Below are positions 26,343-35,530 of a stretch of 64,000 bases of DNA, in pieces (positions within the stretch are counted from its first letter, which is position 1; every line of letters starts with the position of its first letter). The position numbers were made by a program, and so were the translations under genes. Under the pieces are notes generated by a model. It was not told the origin of the DNA and ran no database searches. It was given only the letters and a program-made list of their open reading frames with translations. Source of the DNA: an uncultured virus (IMG/VR IMGVR_UViG_3300014059_000009) (Duplodnaviria > Heunggongvirae > Uroviricota > Caudoviricetes); the IMG/VR virus record IMGVR_UViG_3300014059_000009. One strand, given 5' to 3'.

Positions 26343-27641
26343 ATGGGCGGCACCCTTGACTACAGCACCACCGCTGGCAGCAACACCACTGTCGGCGGCG
26401 TGAACATTGCCGAAGGCATGCAGGCCGGGCTGATGAACAACGCCCTGCGCGCGGCAATGGCCGACAGCAAGAAATGGCAACTGGACTGGTCCGGGGTCGT
26501 CACGGCGGGGACGTCGAACGCCTACACCATCACCAGCAACCAGGGTATCGCGGCCTATGCCGACGGGCTGCGGCTCTGCTTCCGCGCGGATCGGAACAAC
26601 ACCGGGGCCGCGACGCTGAACGTGGACAGCCGGGGCGCGAAGGCGCTACGGAAGGTCACAGGCGGCGCACTGGCGGCACTGGCGGCTGACGATATCGTAG
26701 CCGAGGCGGTTTACGATGTGGTCTATGACCTGTCGTCCGACGTGTTTGTCATCGTCGGGACTTCCGGTTTCTCGTCGGAGGATGCTCTGGACCTGATCCA
26801 GACGTACGGACTCGGCGAGACGGGGAACACCGATCTTCTGGCGGATATTGACCTGACCACCATCGCGTCCGGCGCATATCGGTTCAACACGTCTTCGGTC
26901 GGGACATTCCCAACGGGCGTTGTGGCGTCGGACGATGGGATCATCGTGACATGGCGGCGCACGTCCGCATCCGCCATGATGCTGCTTTATCACGCATCCA
27001 GTGATCGGATTTTCCATCGCCGCATGACGGCTTCGGCATGGGGGACTTGGCGCGAAAGCATCACGGTAGACCAGGGCGCGACTGAGGGCGACACCATCTA
27101 TCGCGGCGCTTCCGCTTGGACCAGGTTGGCAAAGGGCACCGCCGGGCAGCACCTGCGGATGAACAGCGGGGCAACCGCGCCGGAATGGACCAGCGAAAAC
27201 ACGGCCCTCGCATCGTGGACCTATTCCAGCAATGTCACCTCGATCCCCCTGACCGGGCTTTCCGGGTGGGATAGCGTGGTTGTCACCGGCTTTCTGACGA
27301 TCAGCGCGAACGTGCAGATCAGGGTTTCGGCTGACAATGGCTCGACGTGGCGCTCGACCAACTATGTCTGGTTTGTGTCTGATGAGGGTGGAGGTACGCA
27401 ACCGACCGATGGCATGGACCTGTGCCGGATCGGCTCGGGCAGCATTCAATTCGACCTGACGCTTCAGCGCATGTCGCAAGTGCGGTCCACCTACGCCAGC
27501 GGCAACGCGCGGCATGGCAATCCCCGAATGAACACCTTCGCAGGCATTCACAACGTCGCCGAAGTCATCAACGCAATCCAGATCGTCGGAGCCACCATTT
27601 CGGCTGGCTACGTCGATGTTTACGGCATTCGCCGGGCTTAA
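26343..27641 (+). CDS. Tail fibre/spike
   Basis: YSTTAGSNT..GVNIAEGM..NNALRA anchor; NTGAATLNV; GDTIYRGASAWTRLAKGTAGQ. Confidence 0.8.
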   Translation: MGGTLDYSTTAGSNTTVGGVNIAEGMQAGLMNNALRAAMADSKKWQLDWSGVVTAGTSNAYTITSNQGIAAYADGLRLCFRADRNNTGAATLNVDSRGAKALRKVTGGALAALAADDIVAEAVYDVVYDLSSDVFVIVGTSGFSSEDALDLIQTYGLGETGNTDLLADIDLTTIASGAYRFNTSSVGTFPTGVVASDDGIIVTWRRTSASAMMLLYHASSDRIFHRRMTASAWGTWRESITVDQGATEGDTIYRGASAWTRLAKGTAGQHLRMNSGATAPEWTSENTALASWTYSSNVTSIPLTGLSGWDSVVVTGFLTISANVQIRVSADNGSTWRSTNYVWFVSDEGGGTQPTDGMDLCRIGSGSIQFDLTLQRMSQVRSTYASGNARHGNPRMNTFAGIHNVAEVINAIQIVGATISAGYVDVYGIRRA

Positions 27642-27652
27642 GGAGGAACACC

Positions 27653-27826
27653 ATGACCATCAAATTCGGCGGCAAGCAGTCCATGGCGGACAAGATGAAG
27701 GTGGCCGAAAGCCGCGTCGGCAAGAATCCCGGCGCGAGCAAGGGCAGCAAGCCCGCGCCTTCGGCGAAGGCCAAGCCGATCATCGGCAAGGGCAAGATCG
27801 GCATCAAGGTGACGAAGAAATTCTAA
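27653..27826 (+). CDS. 57-aa Lys-rich basic protein
   Basis: SD AAGGAGG; MTIKFGGKQ...KIGIKVTKKF. Confidence 0.65.
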   Translation: MTIKFGGKQSMADKMKVAESRVGKNPGASKGSKPAPSAKAKPIIGKGKIGIKVTKKF

Positions 27827-27847
27827 CCCCAGACAAGGATTGCAATC

Positions 27848-28192
27848 ATGGCACTGACCCAGACTTCCGGGAAGAACCACACGCGCCGCATCGCCACCTG
27901 GGCGGGCGAAACCACGGCGGGAAGCGCTTCCATTTCGCGCTATGCGCCTCTCGTCTCTCTCGCCGTTTCTTCGGTGCAGGTTTCCGGCACCTTCGGCGGG
28001 GCGACTGTGGTGCTGCAGGGCAGCGTTGACGGCACAACCTATGCCACGCTCAAGGACTTGCAGGGCAACAACCTGTCGTTCACGTCCGCAGGATATGCCG
28101 AGTTTTCCAGCGGGGCCGCGTTCATCAAGCCCTCGATCAGCGGCGGGACCGGCGACAGCCTGAACATCACCGTGTCGCACTGGGCTGGGTAA
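27848..28192 (+). CDS. Virion beta-sandwich protein
   Basis: SVQVSGTFGGATVVLQGSVDG. Confidence 0.65.
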   Translation: MALTQTSGKNHTRRIATWAGETTAGSASISRYAPLVSLAVSSVQVSGTFGGATVVLQGSVDGTTYATLKDLQGNNLSFTSAGYAEFSSGAAFIKPSISGGTGDSLNITVSHWAG

Positions 28193-28193
28193 T

Positions 28194-29222
28194 ATGAGCC
28201 TCCTGACCATGGCCTCGCGGCGGCGCAGGGCGGGCGGAGGTCCTCCATTTACGCCACCCGTTGCCATGAGTCTGACCAATCCTGGAGCCGAAGCGGGGGA
28301 CACTTCGGGCTGGACCGCTGCATCTGGCGGCGTAGTTTGGTCGTCTATCAATACATCCGGGTCCGCTTGGCCTTCAACGATATACGAGGGGTCCCGATAC
28401 TTCTGGGCGGGTTCGGTAACCGACGCGCGCATGTATCAAGACGCGGACGTCTCCGCGTATGCAACCACTATCGACGCGGGTGGGGTTGTTGCAGAAATGA
28501 CCTGCCGCTTCTCGACCCTGGACAACCTAAACGACTATTTTTCGATATTCGTTCGGGCGCTGAACTCCGTCGGGACGGTATTGTCCACAGTTTCCCAACA
28601 GGAACTTCGTGCGAACGATCTTGCTGCGGGTTGGCTGCTTCAAGACTTGAACCTTCTTCTGCCGAGCGGCACACGTTCTGTAAGGGTCGAAGTCCATGCT
28701 ACTCGGACTGGCGGCACGGACAACGACGTGCATTTGGACGCGGTTACGCTGACGCTCTACAGCAACTCTCGGCGGATCACCCCAACGTTCGCCTCCAGCA
28801 TCAGCAGCGGAGACCGGACAGCCACTATCACTGTTTCGGCCACCAACATCACGGCGGGCGGGGGTTCTCTTTCTGGGTTGGTAGACGGCAGTCAGGCGAA
28901 CGACTACTTCTTTGCAACCGCGACCGGGGATGGCACAGGCTGGCTGAAGTTTGATTTCGGGTCGGGTGCTTCATGGGTGATCGACGAGTTCATCTGGCGG
29001 CAGCACAACAATACCTCTCATGGCACGTGGCGATGGGAGGGGTCCAATGACGACAGCATCTGGACCCAGATCGGCAGCGACTTCACGCTTCGATCGGGGC
29101 TGAACCAGCCGGGGGGCACCAGCACGACCGGCTACCGTTATTATCGTCTCCGTCATATGAGCGGGTCCAGGAGCACTAGCCCTTGGTTGCGGGAAATCCA
29201 GTTCCGTGCACGGGCACCTTGA
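28194..29222 (+). CDS. Receptor-binding protein with carbohydrate-binding and discoidin-like domains
   Basis: LTNPGAEAGDTSGW; WLKFDFG...WRWEGSNDDSIWT...YRYYRL. Confidence 0.7.
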   Translation: MSLLTMASRRRRAGGGPPFTPPVAMSLTNPGAEAGDTSGWTAASGGVVWSSINTSGSAWPSTIYEGSRYFWAGSVTDARMYQDADVSAYATTIDAGGVVAEMTCRFSTLDNLNDYFSIFVRALNSVGTVLSTVSQQELRANDLAAGWLLQDLNLLLPSGTRSVRVEVHATRTGGTDNDVHLDAVTLTLYSNSRRITPTFASSISSGDRTATITVSATNITAGGGSLSGLVDGSQANDYFFATATGDGTGWLKFDFGSGASWVIDEFIWRQHNNTSHGTWRWEGSNDDSIWTQIGSDFTLRSGLNQPGGTSTTGYRYYRLRHMSGSRSTSPWLREIQFRARAP

Positions 29223-29331
29223 TACGCCCCGTCGGCCACCCGGTAAGCTGGCTGCACAGTGCAATTAGCTGCACTCGGCGTGGGTCTCTAAGTTCCGTAA
29301 ATGACGGTAGGCACGACTCTGTGAGGTGATC

Positions 29332-29835
29332 ATGCGGAATTGGAATAGCCGTACCCGTATTCCCGGAAAGGCCAGGGCCGTCCCTGGGCACCGAGTTTCG
29401 GGACACGGGCGAATGAGCCACACATTCGAGCGCCGCAAGCTGGAGGTCTTCTTCGCCATGCTCACGGCGGGGTTCGGCCTGTTCCTCGCGCTGCCGATGG
29501 CGTCTATGGGCGGGCTGTCCTTCGTCCATCTGCGCTACATGGCCCCAGAGGAGGCGTGGGGCTTTCTGTTCCTCACCAATGGCGTGATGCACTGCACATG
29601 GCTGGCGGTGAACGGCGCGCGCTGGTGGTCGCCTATCGTGCGCTACTTCGCGGCCCTTGTCTCGGCGATCCTCTACGCCACCTGGGCCGGTGCCTTCTTC
29701 GCATACAACCCCTCCTCTACGGCGGTTTTCACCTATTCGGCCCTGTCAACCGGGGCCGTCTTCTGTTGCGTCTTCGCATGGCGAGACGCGCTCACCGCCA
29801 TGAGGTTGCGCCGTGTTCGAATTGCTCACGCCTGA
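29332..29835 (+). CDS. Multi-TM membrane protein (holin candidate); alternative start 29413
   Basis: About four hydrophobic helices; first gene of the lysis region. Confidence 0.55.
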   Translation: MRNWNSRTRIPGKARAVPGHRVSGHGRMSHTFERRKLEVFFAMLTAGFGLFLALPMASMGGLSFVHLRYMAPEEAWGFLFLTNGVMHCTWLAVNGARWWSPIVRYFAALVSAILYATWAGAFFAYNPSSTAVFTYSALSTGAVFCCVFAWRDALTAMRLRRVRIAHA

Positions 29836-30166
29836 AAACCTGCCTGCCACGCTCACCGCAGTTTCTCTGATCATCACCGCCGTTGGCGGGGTGGTGCTCT
29901 ACCGGGTGCAGAAGGAACCGCCGAAGGCCGGGAGTCAGGACGCGGCTGCGGTGGCGCTGGCGGAAAACACCAGGGCGTCGGTCACACTCGCGGCCAACAT
30001 GGGCACGATGACGGGGCAGCTCGGCGACAACCTGCGCATGTTTTCGGCCACTTTGGAGGTGGTCAAGGCGATGGCGCACGACATTGCGGAGGCGCGCCGC
30101 GCGGCGGAGGCGTCCCGCGACCATCTGGCAGCAATCCGTGACGCGCTGAACCGCCGCGCGCCCTGA
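29813..30166 (+). CDS. Single-TM coiled-coil protein (lysis region)
   Basis: N-terminal TM, Ala-rich coiled coil. Confidence 0.65.
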   Translation: MFELLTPENLPATLTAVSLIITAVGGVVLYRVQKEPPKAGSQDAAAVALAENTRASVTLAANMGTMTGQLGDNLRMFSATLEVVKAMAHDIAEARRAAEASRDHLAAIRDALNRRAP

Positions 30167-30231
30167 TCCCAATTCCCCAAGACGGGGTTTCGCCTGCCCG
30201 AGCGTCAACGGGTTAATGGAGGATTCTCAAC

Positions 30232-30600
30232 ATGAGGACCATCGAATACCACAAGATCAATCCGACAAACGACACGCTGGACGTAGTGGTGAAAGACGCG
30301 CCCAGCCACGGTGGCGCAAGCCATGTGTATGAAGTCCACCACGCAAGCACCGCTGGCATCGCTCCGCTTCTGGCTGTCAACTTCCAGAATGGCCCCATTG
30401 GGGAGCATGGCGTCAACGGCGTCACGCAGGAAATCCTTCTGGCCATCGTGATCGACCGGCTGCGGTCCTTTCAGGCTGGGCCATTCTCTTCGCGGGAAAA
30501 CGCTCTGGCTCTGACGAAGATCGAGGAGGCGCTGCACTGGCTTCAGCAAAGGACGCTGGACCGGATGCGGCGCGGCGTCGAGGGCAAAACCGCCGCCTGA
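30232..30600 (+). CDS. tad1: Tad1-family anti-defence signal sponge
   Basis: GGASHVY, NFQNGP, NGV..E.LLAIVIDRLRSFQAGPFSSRENALALTKIEEALHW...R..DR..RGV.G match the Tad1 signature; SD GGAGG. Confidence 0.85.
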   Translation: MRTIEYHKINPTNDTLDVVVKDAPSHGGASHVYEVHHASTAGIAPLLAVNFQNGPIGEHGVNGVTQEILLAIVIDRLRSFQAGPFSSRENALALTKIEEALHWLQQRTLDRMRRGVEGKTAA

Positions 30601-30606
30601 CCATCG

Positions 30607-30626
30607 CGGGGGCTTCGCGGCCCCCG
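30607..30626 (+). terminator. Hairpin after tad1
   Basis: CGGGGGC-TTCGCG-GCCCCCG; no U-tract. Confidence 0.5.
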
Positions 30627-30656
30627 TCACCCGCGCGCCCTGATCAGGAGAGACGC

Positions 30657-31481
30657 ATGAACATCACCTAACGGAAGGCCGCGCTTCTGGCGCGCGTGAG
30701 GGACTATGGTGGCCCGCTGAACGAATTGCCCGTGCTGGCGCAGTTTCTGGCGCAGGTCATGCACGAAAGCGGCGGGCTTCGGTATGTCCGGGAAATCTGG
30801 GGGCCGACGAAGGCGCAGAGGGGCTATGAGGGCCGGGCCGATCTGGGGAACGTGAAGCCCGGCGACGGCAAACGCTACATGGGCCGCGACGTTCTGCAGA
30901 TCACCGGGCGGGCCAACTATCGCGCCCTGACCGTGTGGGTTCGCAAGACCTTCGGCAAGGGGCCGGACTTCGAAGCCAACCCCGAGCTTCTGGAAAGCCC
31001 GGAATGGCTGGGCATCGGCGCGATCTGGTATTTCCTCACCCGCAAGGGGCTTCTCGACTACGCCCGCGCCGGGAATATCGAGATGGTGACGCGCCGAGTC
31101 AACGGCGGGCTGAACGGCTATCAGGACCGGCTGCGCTGGTATGACGAGGCGGCGCTGCAAATCCTTGGCGTCGCGGACGTTCGGACCTTCCAGCGACAAG
31201 CCGGGCTGCTGGCGGACGGGATCAGCGGGCCGAAGACCCGCGCGGCCATGCACAAGGCGCTGACCGGAGCAAAGATTGGACCGGGCACCCAACCGTTCGA
31301 GGTGCCGAGGCCGGGAAAGACACCCCCCATCAAGAAGGCCACCACCCCCGCCAAAGAGGCTGCCAAGACCACGGCAGGGGGCGCTACGGGCGCGGGGCTT
31401 GTGCTTCTGGCCGTGGCCTTCTGGCACGACATTGCGGACGCGGTGACGCGGTTCGCGGACTGGATCAACCCCTTCAACTGA
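30657..31481 (+). CDS. Endolysin, GH19 + peptidoglycan-binding domain + C-terminal TM; in-frame TAA at codon 5
   Basis: AQFLAQVMHESGGL, GDGKRYMGR..LQITGRANY, VTRRVNGG.NG, ADGISGPKT; SD AGGAG-ATG 30657 then TAA 30669; fallback GTG 30696. Confidence 0.85.
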
Positions 31482-31490
31482 GGTGATGAC

Positions 31491-31700
31491 ATGGACTGGA
31501 CCAAAAGCCGGGGCCTCTTCTACCTTCTGGCGCTTGGCGCTGGCGGGCTGGCTCTCTCGGGATATGCCGACTTCGACCCGCAGACATGGGTGCTGGATAT
31601 CCACCCCTTCAACCTCAAGGAATTCGTGCTGACGGGGCTGACCACGGCAGGCAACGCGCTGGCCGGGCTGGCCGTCTGGCGGAAGTGGGGCACGAAATGA
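31491..31700 (+). CDS. Small membrane protein (holin-like)
   Basis: SD GAGGTG; two hydrophobic segments, basic C-terminus. Confidence 0.55.
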   Translation: MDWTKSRGLFYLLALGAGGLALSGYADFDPQTWVLDIHPFNLKEFVLTGLTTAGNALAGLAVWRKWGTK

Positions 31701-31785
31701 CCGCGCTGGCCTTTCTGGCGGGATTCATCGTCGGCGGCTTCATGGGCATCGCCGTGGTGGCCGTGTGTGCCGCAGGGGGTGAGGG

Positions 31786-31992
31786 ATGAGCCACGAGGTT
31801 GCAATGATCAACGTCGCGCTCCGCATCGCCATCATGGAAGACGGCCAAGAACTGCCCGTCACGAACGCATTCGATGAAGACGGCGACGAGTGCGACCCGG
31901 AAGACGCGGTTGCCTGCGTGGCGGGCCCGGATCGTGACGGCATGTGGGTCAGCATCGATCTGAAGCAATTCGAGGGGGTGAGGCTGCAATGA
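31786..31992 (+). CDS. Small acidic hypothetical protein
   Basis: PVTNAFDEDGDECDPEDAVACVAG; ATGA-coupled. Confidence 0.6.
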   Translation: MSHEVAMINVALRIAIMEDGQELPVTNAFDEDGDECDPEDAVACVAGPDRDGMWVSIDLKQFEGVRLQ

Positions 31993-32168
31993 GCGTCGTC
32001 AAATTCACCGCTCACGAGGGCAAAGGCAACACCCTGGACCGTTCCGAAGAACTTTGCGAGGCGATCAAGGCCGCCTGCTACGAAGCCGGGGACGGCATGC
32101 CGATTTCGATGGTGATCGGCTGCCTTGAAATCGCCAAGGCAGAAATCATGCAGGAGCAACAGGAATGA
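31989..32168 (+). CDS. Hypothetical protein
   Basis: ATGA-coupled; VIGCLEIAKAEI. Confidence 0.55.
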   Translation: MSVVKFTAHEGKGNTLDRSEELCEAIKAACYEAGDGMPISMVIGCLEIAKAEIMQEQQE

Positions 32169-32428
32169 TCGCCTTCATCTGGGATCTGATCTCCGGCCTT
32201 CTGCCGAACGTGTGGGGCTACATCGCCGCCGCCGTGACCGCGCTTCTGGGCATCTTGGGCGTCTATGTGAAGGGCCGCCGGGACGCCAAGGCAAAGGCGG
32301 AAACCAAAGCCATGAAAGAGGACTTGAAAGCCCATGAACGGATCAACGAAGCTGACCTTGGCATCGGGGCTTCTGATGCTGAACGTGTTGAGCGGTTGCG
32401 AGAGTTCGCAGCCAAGCACGGCAAGTGA
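32165..32428 (+). CDS. Inner-membrane spanin (Rz-like)
   Basis: N-terminal TM followed by KGRRDAKAK coiled coil. Confidence 0.65.
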   Translation: MIAFIWDLISGLLPNVWGYIAAAVTALLGILGVYVKGRRDAKAKAETKAMKEDLKAHERINEADLGIGASDAERVERLREFAAKHGK

Positions 32429-32546
32429 CCGGCTGAAGCCTCAAGCCGCGATGTGCGCCTCTGCTCTGGCGGACGGCGTGATCGAAAGCGCCCGCCAGGA
32501 ATGTCTTGCCCATCTGGCGCAACTCGAAGCCTTGGCCGACTGGTGA
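32334..32546 (+). CDS. Outer-membrane spanin lipoprotein (Rz1-like)
   Basis: Lipobox LSGC; overlaps the Rz-like gene in another frame. Confidence 0.65.
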   Translation: MNGSTKLTLASGLLMLNVLSGCESSQPSTASDRLKPQAAMCASALADGVIESARQECLAHLAQLEALADW

Positions 32547-32627
32547 AGCCCTGCAGGCAGATGCCCTACTGGTCGCGGCGGGCGAGGGGTTTGCGCTGAC
32601 TGAGGCTCCGAAGCCGGGGGTGGACGG

Positions 32628-32918
32628 CTAGGCGAGGGCGGCGTTGGCCTTGTCCAGCGCCTCGCTGACGGTGACGCGGAAGGCTCCACCGATCAGATAC
32701 TCCCGCCCCTCGGGCAGCCTCTGCTGGGCGAGGATGGCAGCGCAGGGCGCCAGCGCATCCCGCAGCCGCTCGATCTCGGCGGCGGCCTCGGCCATCAAAT
32801 CGGCGTCTTCACGGCTCAGCCTCGCCACCACGAGCAGGTAGTTGTTCGGGTCGTCGTGTGCTGTAGCCTTTGCCCGCGCCGCCGCAGTCTCCCGCAGCCT
32901 CTCGATCAGGTCACTCAT
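32628..32918 (-). CDS. Hypothetical early-left protein
   Basis: MSDLIERLR...EAAAEIERLR phage motif; SD GGAG. Confidence 0.7.
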   Translation of the reverse strand: MSDLIERLRETAAARAKATAHDDPNNYLLVVARLSREDADLMAEAAAEIERLRDALAPCAAILAQQRLPEGREYLIGGAFRVTVSEALDKANAALA

Positions 32919-33067
32919 GGCGTTGTCTCCGGGGGCGGGGGAAGGGGCGCGGGGGCGGCGTGGTCGGACGGCTTGGCCCAGACCTCTAGCGGCGCAAGGC
33001 CAGCGGTGCGCTTTGCCTTGCGCGCCTTCGCCTTGCTCTCTCGGTATTGGGCTTGGCGGTCGGTCAT
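32915..33067 (-). CDS. Small RHH-like protein (50 aa)
   Basis: Hand-translated KAKARKAKRTAGLAPLEVWAKP; similar to 49494..49655. Confidence 0.5.
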   Translation of the reverse strand: MTDRQAQYRESKAKARKAKRTAGLAPLEVWAKPSDHAAPAPLPPPPETTP

Positions 33068-33267
33068 TTCATCGCCTCCAGCATCTGCTGTGCCTCGGAC
33101 ACGATACGCTCTGCCGCGCGAAACTCTGCCGGGGTTCCGTTGACCTCATACTCGTGCGCAACAAGGGACTGGATGGCAACCAGCCCACGCAAGGCGTCCA
33201 TAGCGCCGAATTTTCTGGCGTTCTGGCAGGCCTCTTTCAGAATGGCGATGTGTTCATCTTTGGTCAT
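33064..33267 (-). CDS. Hypothetical protein
   Basis: ATGA-coupled chain. Confidence 0.6.
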   Translation of the reverse strand: MTKDEHIAILKEACQNARKFGAMDALRGLVAIQSLVAHEYEVNGTPAEFRAAERIVSEAQQMLEAMK

Positions 33268-33596
33268 TTTTCCTTTCCCGCCTTCACTTTGGCCTCATAA
33301 ATCATGCTGGCGATACCGGCGCGGCGGGAATCATAAAACTGATCCGCAGACTCCGGGACAACACCTTTCGGGCGGCATATTGCATCATGGATGGCGTCCA
33401 AAAGCTGATCAATCGTCTCGGCCTGTTGCGCCATCTGAGACATAAGCTTTTCCATTTGGTCCGCGTTCTTCATGGCCTCTTGAAACAGGTCGGAGCGGAT
33501 ATATTCAACCCGGCCCTTGGCATTTTCGCTGTGCCAAACGTCAGACCCATCAAAGGTAGAAGGCGGGTCAGCGAATATTTTTTCCGGCATATCCAT
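33264..33596 (-). CDS. Hypothetical protein
   Basis: SD AGGAG; MPEKIFA...VEYIRSDL phage motif. Confidence 0.65.
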   Translation of the reverse strand: MDMPEKIFADPPSTFDGSDVWHSENAKGRVEYIRSDLFQEAMKNADQMEKLMSQMAQQAETIDQLLDAIHDAICRPKGVVPESADQFYDSRRAGIASMIYEAKVKAGKEK

Positions 33597-33638
33597 TTTA
33601 TTTCTCCTGTTGGGGGCCGCCGTCCGCGCTTGCAAACC

Positions 33639-33845
33639 TTATCCCCCTTTATCGCCGCCGAGTTTTTCCGACTGTGAGCGGATTCTGTACCTGTGTGAAT
33701 GAACTGCCCCCGCCATGAATTTAAGCCGGTTGGCGAGTCGCCGAAGTGTTTCGTCGTCTGTCGTGTCTTCTGCCGCCTCGGCCAAATCCCGCAGGATTGG
33801 GCCAAGCCTGTTGTCGTTCAGGTCGGCCCAATCCTTGATGCTCAC
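33639..33845 (-). CDS. Hypothetical protein
   Basis: 68 aa, coupled to upstream ORF. Confidence 0.5.
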   Translation of the reverse strand: MSIKDWADLNDNRLGPILRDLAEAAEDTTDDETLRRLANRLKFMAGAVHSHRYRIRSQSEKLGGDKGG

Positions 33846-33981
33846 ACGATCACCACGCCCTCGCCGCCTTCCGTCACGCTCACGCGGTCCAGCGCCCGGC
33901 GCGGGTGTTCCGCGAGCCAGTCGGCAAGCGCCTCGCGGGCGAGGTCCAGCGTCCGGGCGGTAATGCGGATCGTGCCGGAGG

Positions 33982-34629
33982 TCATGCCGCCACCGTTGCG
34001 GCCATGCCCATGAGAAGGTCGCGGAATTCAGTCGGGGTGCCGATGCGGTGTGAGTTGTCCTTGCCGCCGCCCTTGAAAGCCAGTTCCCCAGCGCGCTTGC
34101 AGTATGCCAGCCCGTATTTTTCGACAGCCTCTGGCGGGAATGACGGCTCGCTGATGCCCCAGCGCAGTTCGGGCAGATCGGTGCCCACCGCGTAGATCAG
34201 CGTCGGCTTGCGGGCGTAGTGGCCATATTGGCCTTGCTCGACACAGCACGTCCAGCCGTAGTCGTCCGCGATGATCCACCCTCCCTTGCGCGGGGGCTTG
34301 TTCAGCCTGAAATGCGGCCATGCATGGCTTCCCCACGGGTGTTCCAGAACCCCACCCCAGCGGCGCACTGCGTCCAGCGCGGCGGCAAAGCAGCCACCGT
34401 CATCGCCCTTGATCTTCCGCTCTCCCGTGCGCTTGATCCATAGCGGTTGTCCAGCCCATAGCTTGCCCCACCGCTGGCAAGGCGGATGCGCAACAACCGG
34501 CCACGGCCCGTCATACAGGCGCGCGTCACGGGCTTCATCCCACGGGTCCACGCCAGGCAGGCTGAAGTAACTTCCGCCCGTCTCGACGTAAAGCGCGGCG
34601 ACTGTGGTGCGCATCGGCCCGTCCATCAC
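33982..34629 (-). CDS. Cytosine-C5 methyltransferase-like protein (compact)
   Basis: VVAHPPCQRW catalytic PC motif and GVLEHP (ENV-like). Confidence 0.55.
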   Translation of the reverse strand: MMDGPMRTTVAALYVETGGSYFSLPGVDPWDEARDARLYDGPWPVVAHPPCQRWGKLWAGQPLWIKRTGERKIKGDDGGCFAAALDAVRRWGGVLEHPWGSHAWPHFRLNKPPRKGGWIIADDYGWTCCVEQGQYGHYARKPTLIYAVGTDLPELRWGISEPSFPPEAVEKYGLAYCKRAGELAFKGGGKDNSHRIGTPTEFRDLLMGMAATVAA

Positions 34630-34841
34630 CCTCTCCTCCTCGGATCAAGCGGGCCGGGTTCGTCCGGCGGGGCACGGCGGTTCCATGCGGCCCCGTCCCA
34701 CTCCTCAACCCAGTGCGATCCAGCGCCCTCGTATTTGTTGCCGAACTCCTCAGCCAAAAGCAGAGATTTCAGGGTGTTGCTCAGCGGCCCGGCGTCTACC
34801 GATCCATCATGGTTCCGCCATGCCAGACGATACTGTTTCAT
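34626..34841 (-). CDS. Hypothetical protein
   Basis: Coupled overlaps on both sides. Confidence 0.55.
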   Translation of the reverse strand: MKQYRLAWRNHDGSVDAGPLSNTLKSLLLAEEFGNKYEGAGSHWVEEWDGAAWNRRAPPDEPGPLDPRRRG

Positions 34842-35530
34842 TCCCCCGCCTCCCCAGGTTTGCCGCTGGCGAGGGCGGCATCAAACTCCGCGAACGCCCC
34901 CGGAATGCGGCGCTTGAAGTCTCGCGCGTCGCCGTTCCACGCCTCATCAGCGATGGTTTCCAGGCGCCGTTTAGCGAAGCTTCCCGACTCCACCAGCCCC
35001 TGCACCTGGTCCTCAAGCGCGGCGTTGGCAGCGGCGAGGCGGTCGCGTTCGGCTTCGGCGACTTCGGCGCGGGCGTAGTTCGTCGCGGCTGCATTCCGCG
35101 CGGCCTCGGCGTCAGCCTCAAGAGCTGTGATGCGGGCAAGCATTGCCCCTGCGCGACGGTCAGATGCATCCCGCTCAGCCCGCAGTTCAGCCAGCATGGC
35201 GAGGCCGGAGGGAGAGGCGAGTGCGCGGATACGCTCAACCGCGATATTGGCGGCGGCGACAAGATCGTTGTCTTTGTAGGCACAGCCCGCTTGATGAAAT
35301 CCGGGAACTCGGAAATACCGACCATCCCCATAAACATCTTGTGGGGTGACCGCCTCAGCACACCGCTCCACCATCGCAGCCATTGCGGCCTCTGCCTGAT
35401 CAGCCCGTGCGCTCTCGGCGATAAGCGTCTTGCCGATGTCCTCAGCTAGCGCGTGGTCCATTTCACAGTTGACGCACTCGAACGTCATCCGGTCCAGCAG
35501 CTTCTGGACTTCCTCTTTCGTGATGGTCAT
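34838..35530 (-). CDS. Coiled-coil hypothetical protein
   Basis: SD AAGGAG before ATG 35530; RAEVAEAERDRL. Confidence 0.65.
   Translation of the reverse strand: MTITKEEVQKLLDRMTFECVNCEMDHALAEDIGKTLIAESARADQAEAAMAAMVERCAEAVTPQDVYGDGRYFRVPGFHQAGCAYKDNDLVAAANIAVERIRALASPSGLAMLAELRAERDASDRRAGAMLARITALEADAEAARNAAATNYARAEVAEAERDRLAAANAALEDQVQGLVESGSFAKRRLETIADEAWNGDARDFKRRIPGAFAEFDAALASGKPGEAGE

Larger units (their letters stand above)
30154..30645 (+). repeat. 15-bp direct repeats flanking the tad1 cassette
   Basis: CCGCGCGCCCTGATC at 30154-30168 and 30631-30645. Confidence 0.9.

Noticed and set aside
26343..29222. Diversity-generating retroelement or invertible fibre system
   Set aside because: No reverse transcriptase, invertase, template repeat or inverted crossover sites seen
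32547..32627. attP or tRNA at the convergence of late and left operons
   Set aside because: No cloverleaf, core repeat or adjacent recombinase recognisable
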